Source: an uncultured candidate division Zixibacteria bacterium
Lineage (GTDB): Bacteria > Zixibacteria > MSB-5A5 > GN15 > FEB-12
Assembly: GCA_963806185.1 (NCBI GenBank)
Contig: CAWDXE010000004.1
Span: 192,001 to 256,000, forward strand
Direction: 5' to 3'
DNA: 64,000 bases
Shown: one piece after another, positions 58,065-64,000 of the stretch
How the letters are laid out: every line of letters begins with the position of its first letter
Numbering within the stretch: the stretch's first letter is position 1
Notes under the pieces: model-generated
The model's database searches: none
Seen by the model: the letters and a program-made list of their open reading frames with translations, nothing else
What the model was told of the DNA's origin: nothing
Translations under genes and position numbers: made by a program

Positions 58065-60653
58065 ATGAAAGTACGCACGTTCCTGACGCTGGTTTTCACC
58101 CTCGGCATGGTGCTGACATTTTCCGTCAGCAGTTACGCCGATATCTCCAACGCCGCGATGCTATTCTTGCGGATCGCCGCAGGCGCCCGGCCCGCCGGCA
58201 TGGGTGAAGCTTTTGTGGCGGTGGCCGATGACGCCACGGCGACTCACTGGAATCCGGCTGGATTGGGTAATCCGCCGCTTTCCGATTCGTGGATCAACGT
58301 CCGCGTGCCGGATCAATATCGGCCCCTGACCGGAGTTGCCACCGTCAAGGCAGGCGGCGGTTCGACGTATCAGGCCTACGACCTGTGGGCTATTTCGCCC
58401 AAAGGCCTCGTGCGTTACGACAATCGTAATTGGAATGTCGATGAGGTCTTTGCTACCAAGACCGATCAGACGGCAGAGCGAATAGTCTCCTCTTACTGTG
58501 ACATCGCCGATCCGCAACAACTGGAGCGAGTCATGGACAGAGTAGCCCGAGCCAATAATGCCGACAGCTACGAAAACCTGGTTGCGTTTCGCGACTCGCT
58601 GTTGACCCATCTTCCGGACGGATACGATCGGAAGGATGAGATTCAGCTGAGCGCCGATTCTGTGCTCATTTACTACCGCCTCTGTCGCCTGAATTGGACG
58701 CCGCTGAAAGAAGCCATCAAGAATTATTCCGATGCTATCGCTTCGGGCAGCATGGGCAAGACCCAGGCTGATCGCATCTGGTCCCGTCTCGATCAGTCGC
58801 GGATGCGTTACCTACCCGAGGACCTGCACATACCGTATTCGGCCCTCGTGGAAGGAGTGCCGACTTCGATCGCTTCCGATGGCCAGCGTCTGGCCGTCGG
58901 CACGAGCAACGGCCTGTTGACCTACAATGGTCAGCGCTGGACAATTTATACCGAAACCAAGGGACTGCCCTCCAACAAGGTCACCAGCCTGCAGCTGGCC
59001 GGCTCAGTCATCGTCGTTGGCACGGATAAGGGGTTGGCAATCTATGACGGAGTTCGCACCGAACCGGTCGTCGATTCAACCAATTCACTTACCGGTGAAA
59101 TCGAAGCCGTGGGTGGCGCCGCTTCACCCAACCTGCTCGCCGTGTCAGGCGGAGATTTGTATCGCTATGACGGTCGGAAGTGGGTTAATACGATGAACTA
59201 CACCGTCGCCATCGGCGATACTCCGGAGAAGATTGCCGGACGGTTCATGGTCTATGGGACGCCTCAGGAAATGGCGGCCTATCTCGCAAAACTCGAGACC
59301 TCGTTGCGTTCCGCCGACAGTGCCGGCGCGGCGTTGACTCCCGGCGCGGTGATTCAGGTCCCGTTCCTGGCCCAGATCAAGGGACAGGCGACTTCCATTC
59401 AGACAACGCCCACGATGAGCCGTATCTGGATCGGCACCGATCAGGGCGTCCTGTTTTACACTGGCGAAGGCTGGACACTTCCCGGTTACAAACCGTATAC
59501 GGTCGGCCTCGGCCAGACTGTCGATTCGCTCGTCGCCCTACGCAAATTGGAGCCCGAAGAGGCGTCGGCGTATGCCGAAGCGCTCCGCACCGTCAATGAT
59601 CTCGACAACAACGTGATCGATTCGGGCCGAGTGGTCAAGGTATATGCGAACCGTGCTGCCGCTCCCGTGACGCGGCTGCAATTCGACGGCGGCCGCCTGT
59701 ATGTGGCGACGACCCGCGGATTGCTGGAATTTGAAAACGGTCAATGGTCGCAATCCGAGCGCGGCGATATGGGTACTTCTTCATCACTAGGGGCGGAAAC
59801 CCATCAGAGTGAAACCTGGCTCGCCAGTCAGAATCAACTCTCGATCAAGAGTCGCGGTCGTTCCGAGTTCACGTTCATGCACGTGAAATGGCTCCCGGAA
59901 CTGGCTGACGACATCTACTACGGTTTCTTCTCGTTCACCAAGTGCAAAGAAGGTCTCGGCACCTTTGGTGGCAGCGTGACCTACATTTCGTACGGCACGT
60001 TTATTCGCACCACGGAGAGCGGACCGGAAGCCGTCGACGAATTCAAGCCGTTCGAAATGGCCTTCAGTCTCTCGTATGGCACGGCGCTGACCAACAAGCT
60101 GAAGGGCGGCGTGTCGGCCAAAGTCATCTACTCCCGCCTGTCTCCCCAGGGTGCGGCGGCCGAGCAGGGCCATGGAACCGCTACAGCGTTCGCGCTTGAC
60201 TTCGGTCTCTTGTACAATTGGAATAAGCGCCTGACCTTCGGTCTGGCCACCACCAACCTCGGACCCAAGGTCGCGTATATTGACGCTGCACAGTCCGATC
60301 CGTTGCCGATGAATCTCGCCTTTGGCTTCTCGTACAAACTGAAGGAATCCGATCTCACCCGTCTATTGATCGCGTTCGAGGGTAACAAGGACATCGCCAG
60401 CGGCTTCAACAATGCCCTGTCTCAGGAAGTTAAGGAAGTCGTGTGGAACGGCGGCGCCGAATTTACGTATGCGAACTTGATTTCCGCCCGCGCAGGCTAT
60501 ATCTACGATCAGGAAGGCGACATCAAGACGGCAACCGTCGGTATCGGCCTTCAGCCGATTTCCTGGGCCAAGGCCGATTTCTCGTACATTCCGAACAACG
60601 GAAATGTGACGTTGGCCAATACGCTGAGGTTCTCCTTGACGGTTCTGCCGTAA
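58065..60653 (+). CDS. porV: PorV-family barrel with large internal beta-propeller/LysM insertion
   Basis: N-terminal FLRIAAGARPAGMGEAFVAVADDATATHWNPAGL; C-terminal HVKWLPELADD...DPLPMNL...ANTLRFSL; directly downstream of porU. Confidence 0.8.
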   Translation: MKVRTFLTLVFTLGMVLTFSVSSYADISNAAMLFLRIAAGARPAGMGEAFVAVADDATATHWNPAGLGNPPLSDSWINVRVPDQYRPLTGVATVKAGGGSTYQAYDLWAISPKGLVRYDNRNWNVDEVFATKTDQTAERIVSSYCDIADPQQLERVMDRVARANNADSYENLVAFRDSLLTHLPDGYDRKDEIQLSADSVLIYYRLCRLNWTPLKEAIKNYSDAIASGSMGKTQADRIWSRLDQSRMRYLPEDLHIPYSALVEGVPTSIASDGQRLAVGTSNGLLTYNGQRWTIYTETKGLPSNKVTSLQLAGSVIVVGTDKGLAIYDGVRTEPVVDSTNSLTGEIEAVGGAASPNLLAVSGGDLYRYDGRKWVNTMNYTVAIGDTPEKIAGRFMVYGTPQEMAAYLAKLETSLRSADSAGAALTPGAVIQVPFLAQIKGQATSIQTTPTMSRIWIGTDQGVLFYTGEGWTLPGYKPYTVGLGQTVDSLVALRKLEPEEASAYAEALRTVNDLDNNVIDSGRVVKVYANRAAAPVTRLQFDGGRLYVATTRGLLEFENGQWSQSERGDMGTSSSLGAETHQSETWLASQNQLSIKSRGRSEFTFMHVKWLPELADDIYYGFFSFTKCKEGLGTFGGSVTYISYGTFIRTTESGPEAVDEFKPFEMAFSLSYGTALTNKLKGGVSAKVIYSRLSPQGAAAEQGHGTATAFALDFGLLYNWNKRLTFGLATTNLGPKVAYIDAAQSDPLPMNLAFGFSYKLKESDLTRLLIAFEGNKDIASGFNNALSQEVKEVVWNGGAEFTYANLISARAGYIYDQEGDIKTATVGIGLQPISWAKADFSYIPNNGNVTLANTLRFSLTVLP

Positions 60654-60678
60654 ACTGACATAGACGAGGTACAGCTTC

Positions 60679-63600
60679 GTGACGTGCATAGGACGCTTGC
60701 TCACAACGCTTGTCACACTCGCTGCGGCCGCTACAACGGTCACGGCGAGTGACCACATTCTGACCGGAAAACGGGTTGTCACGCCACCCGCCGGAGAGAA
60801 TCAAGTCATCTACCGGTGTCTTACCGGCGAACTGGGACTTCCCATTAATCCTCCGGCAGCCCAGGGCCGGCCCGGTGCATTGTCGGCGGCTCGTGATCCC
60901 AACGCCGTCGATACGATCCGTTGCCTGGTCCTTCGCTACAATTTCCAGTTGGAAAGCCCGGACAATCCAAATACTACCGGCGACGGCCACATGGATATGC
61001 GGCCGCTCACTGATGAACAGATGCTGGCGCTCTACGGCCATTTCATGGACAAGCCGCCGCACGACTCGGCCTATTTTGATGCCCACATGCGCGCGTTGGC
61101 CAGGTATTACGAGACCGTCTCCAACGGCAAGCTGGTGATCACGTGGGATGTCTATCCTCCCGGCCGAGATTCGGTCTACCAGCTACCCCATCCGATGGGC
61201 TACTACGGATACTGCGAATTCCGCCCGGATTCAATTATCGCGGGGCTGGAACGGTACTTTGTCGACGCAATTCATCTGGCGGATTCTGCGCACATTATCG
61301 ATCCGGGACATCCCGATATCCAGATGAGCAATTACGACGCGTACTTCCTGTTCCACGCCGGCTCCGATCGTCAAAATGACATTGGGTTTCCCACGACCTG
61401 TCAGGATATGTTTACCGGCTTCATCCGATTCTTCGATTCGCTCGCCGTTGATGACGGCAGCCACTACATTCGCACGGCACTCCTGATGCCCGAGACGGCT
61501 ATCCAGGACAATCGCGTGACTGTCCTCAATGCCGTCATCGCCCACGAGTTCGGCCACCAGCTCGGCCTGCCCGACATGTACGCCACCAGCAGTTTTCTTT
61601 CCCAGCTGGGCGATTTCTCTCTCATGGACAACAACGGTTTTGGCACCGGCATTGACTACGGCTTTCCAGCCGGACGGGTGTTCGGCGGCTTGCCCGTGTA
61701 CCCCGACCCCTGGTGTCGGGCGTACCTTGGTTACGATACGGTCGTTAACTTCCGCCAGGGCGACGACATTCGCGTTGTTGCCGCGGCTGTCCAGTCGCAG
61801 AGCCTGAAGATCGCGCGGATCCCCATTACCGAGACCGAGTACTACCTGGTCGAGAATCGCCTCGATGAGATCGACGGGGACTCAGCCGCCGTGCGTTTGG
61901 ATCCGACTACGAATGTGATCCTCTGGCCGACCGATCGATCCGGCAACTTCAATCGCGAGTATGATTTTCTCATCCCCGGCAATGGCCTGGCCGTCTACCA
62001 TGTCGACGAAGCGGTCGCCGCCGCCGACTACAATCGGGACGGCGAAGACAATTTCCATGACAACCAGTTGCAGGTGTACGACCGCATTCTGGATCGAAGG
62101 TTCATCAGTCTCGTTGAGGCCGACGGATTGGTGAATCTGGGCGGCTATTATAGATCCGGTTATGGCAGTGCCGCTGATCTTTTCCGCGATGATCGCAATA
62201 CCCGCTTCACACCATATACGAATCCTCCTGCAGTCGATAACTCCGGCAACAATACGCACTATTATCTCGAGCATGTCACCCGCGATACGATCGGCACAAC
62301 CGGGCCGGGGAAACCGATCCTCGCCGACAGTGCGATTTCGTTTGATCTTTCCAACGACCGCACCGCCGTCGGCTTCCCGGTGCGCGTCGGCCGGCCGCTG
62401 GTCGGATTTTCACCCATCGTTGATGATCTGGATGATGACGGGAGTCCGGAGATCATCGTACCGGCAGACAGGAATCTGGCGGTGTTTGGATCGGACGGGC
62501 GCGGCTTCCTGAATCGTGTTGACTCCTGCGCCTCGTGCCCGCCGTTTCTCGATTCGGTGCACTCCGATGTCTTTCGGTGGAGCGGCGAAAATCCGAAAAC
62601 GCCCACACCGGTGCCGATATTCGTGCGACTCCCCAATCCGATAACGGCCGCCCCGGTGACGATCGGCCTCGGCGCTGAGCGCCATATTGTCGTCGGCATC
62701 CCGGCCAACGATACTGCCGGATTCACTCTGGTGTACGCGAATCAGGACGCCAACAATGATGGGATGGCAGATGCTACCGATACGATCACGACGCCGCGCT
62801 GGCCCCTGGCGCTGTCGGCGGCGGATTCGGCGATCTGGATACTGACATACTCGCTCGACGTGCACAGATATGACTTCAGAACAGATTCTCTTCACGCTTT
62901 TCCTCGAACGCTTTCGTACAACTCGCTCCAGGCGCCGCTGGGCATCGCGCAGCTGGGCAATCAACTCGTGGTTCAGGTTGCCGATTCCGCAGAAGATCAA
63001 ACGCGCTGGTGGTTGTATACCCCGAGCGGGACGAATCAATCACTGGACTTTGCCGGACTTTCGGGGATTTACCAGTTCGGCCCCCTGATCGTCGATGTCA
63101 ATCGCGACGGTGAACCGGAACTGGCAGCTTTCTCCTCTGCCGGCGACGGTATCATGTTTACCGTAGATGGATCCGTCGCACGGGTACTGGCCGAAGTTCA
63201 CACGGGGAACACGTTTACTACCAACCCCACAGCGGGCGACATTGACCTGGACGGTTACCCCGACATTTTGATCGGCGGAATCGGCAAGATGTACGCCTTC
63301 AATCGGGAATTGACGATGCTCTCCGATTTCCCGCGATTGATCAACGATCGGTTTCCGACTGACCCGGTTATCGCTTCCCCGATCATTGCAGGTATCGAAT
63401 CCGGCGGCCTTCCGGAATTCGCCTTCCCGACGGAGGTCGGCAACATGTATGCCTTTGGCGAAGCGCGGGCATCGGGCTTCCCGCTGACTTCCGGCGAACA
63501 GACGCAGGGGAGCTCGAGCAGTGTGCCGGTGGTGATTCGCGACAACGACCGCAATCTTCTCGGGTACCTCGGCGGTGATGGCTGGTTTTATGCCTGGGAC

Positions 63601-63993
63601 ATTTCGTCCGATTCAACACATGACGATTGGCCTATGAATGGCGGCGGTCCGGCCGGTTCCTTCCATTTCGATAACACAAAACTGCCGGTGCCGGCGACTT
63701 ACAGCGATAAGTTGCCCGAGGCCCGATTCTATAATTATCCGAATCCGGTGATCGACGGTGTAACAACCTGGCGCTATTTCCTGGGCGCTCCGGCGACGCG
63801 GGTGACGCTGACTCTGTACGACATGGCCGGTAACAAGCTTACCAGTCTCGAGGGTCCGACCAGCGGCGGCGTAGATAACGAGGTCACCTGGAATTGCAGC
63901 AGCGTCACGCCCGGCGTCTATCGCTGCCGTCTCGAGGCCGAATTCGCCGGAGAGACGCGAACGGTGTCCAAAGACGTGGCCATTATCAAGTAG
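60679..63993 (+). CDS. M6/immune-inhibitor-A-like metalloprotease with FG-GAP repeats and T9SS CTD
   Basis: FHAGSD, HEFGHQLGLPD, EYYLVENR; DLDDDG/DVNRDG/DIDLDG repeats; YNYPNP...PGVY...AIIK. Confidence 0.9.
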   Translation: MTCIGRLLTTLVTLAAAATTVTASDHILTGKRVVTPPAGENQVIYRCLTGELGLPINPPAAQGRPGALSAARDPNAVDTIRCLVLRYNFQLESPDNPNTTGDGHMDMRPLTDEQMLALYGHFMDKPPHDSAYFDAHMRALARYYETVSNGKLVITWDVYPPGRDSVYQLPHPMGYYGYCEFRPDSIIAGLERYFVDAIHLADSAHIIDPGHPDIQMSNYDAYFLFHAGSDRQNDIGFPTTCQDMFTGFIRFFDSLAVDDGSHYIRTALLMPETAIQDNRVTVLNAVIAHEFGHQLGLPDMYATSSFLSQLGDFSLMDNNGFGTGIDYGFPAGRVFGGLPVYPDPWCRAYLGYDTVVNFRQGDDIRVVAAAVQSQSLKIARIPITETEYYLVENRLDEIDGDSAAVRLDPTTNVILWPTDRSGNFNREYDFLIPGNGLAVYHVDEAVAAADYNRDGEDNFHDNQLQVYDRILDRRFISLVEADGLVNLGGYYRSGYGSAADLFRDDRNTRFTPYTNPPAVDNSGNNTHYYLEHVTRDTIGTTGPGKPILADSAISFDLSNDRTAVGFPVRVGRPLVGFSPIVDDLDDDGSPEIIVPADRNLAVFGSDGRGFLNRVDSCASCPPFLDSVHSDVFRWSGENPKTPTPVPIFVRLPNPITAAPVTIGLGAERHIVVGIPANDTAGFTLVYANQDANNDGMADATDTITTPRWPLALSAADSAIWILTYSLDVHRYDFRTDSLHAFPRTLSYNSLQAPLGIAQLGNQLVVQVADSAEDQTRWWLYTPSGTNQSLDFAGLSGIYQFGPLIVDVNRDGEPELAAFSSAGDGIMFTVDGSVARVLAEVHTGNTFTTNPTAGDIDLDGYPDILIGGIGKMYAFNRELTMLSDFPRLINDRFPTDPVIASPIIAGIESGGLPEFAFPTEVGNMYAFGEARASGFPLTSGEQTQGSSSSVPVVIRDNDRNLLGYLGGDGWFYAWDISSDSTHDDWPMNGGGPAGSFHFDNTKLPVPATYSDKLPEARFYNYPNPVIDGVTTWRYFLGAPATRVTLTLYDMAGNKLTSLEGPTSGGVDNEVTWNCSSVTPGVYRCRLEAEFAGETRTVSKDVAIIK

Positions 63994-64000
63994 GAGTGAA

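Overview
GC-rich bacterial chromosome segment with no phage, IS or CRISPR features. The gene content suggests an FCB-superphylum anaerobe, probably Zixibacteria-like. This is an inference from the T9SS PorU/PorV genes, the Cys-flanked dockerin-like tail and the cohesin-like proteins. In order, the window holds: a frameshift-riddled GAF-PAS histidine kinase at the edge; an rsbV-rsbW-rsbU-NUDIX-Omp85 cluster; a dockerin-tailed exoprotein; and a 9-gene redox operon (P-loop ATPase, four 2-oxoacid:ferredoxin oxidoreductase subunits, a NuoEFG/HydCBA-like module and a ferredoxin, with no hydrogenase/FDH/AOR catalytic subunit). Next come a citryl-CoA lyase, an M24 peptidase and a TSP3-OmpA protein, then an SBP-kinase-receiver operon divergent from a TonB receptor/T9SS cargo/PorV tricistron, with back-to-back sigma28-like promoters. 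The right half has sthA, dnaX-ybaB-recR, tRNA-Ala(CGC), a large Alu-type SRP RNA, mscL, sdhCAB, asparaginase II and tnaA. It ends with a T9SS locus: porU split at a CTT-TGA-C +1 site, a PorV carrying a ~530-aa propeller/LysM insertion, and an M6 protease. The best candidates for undescribed systems are the OFOR plus bifurcating-module operon, the TBDR-cargo-PorV/phosphorelay locus and the LysM-PorV. All calls come from motif recognition by eye; no database searches were run.
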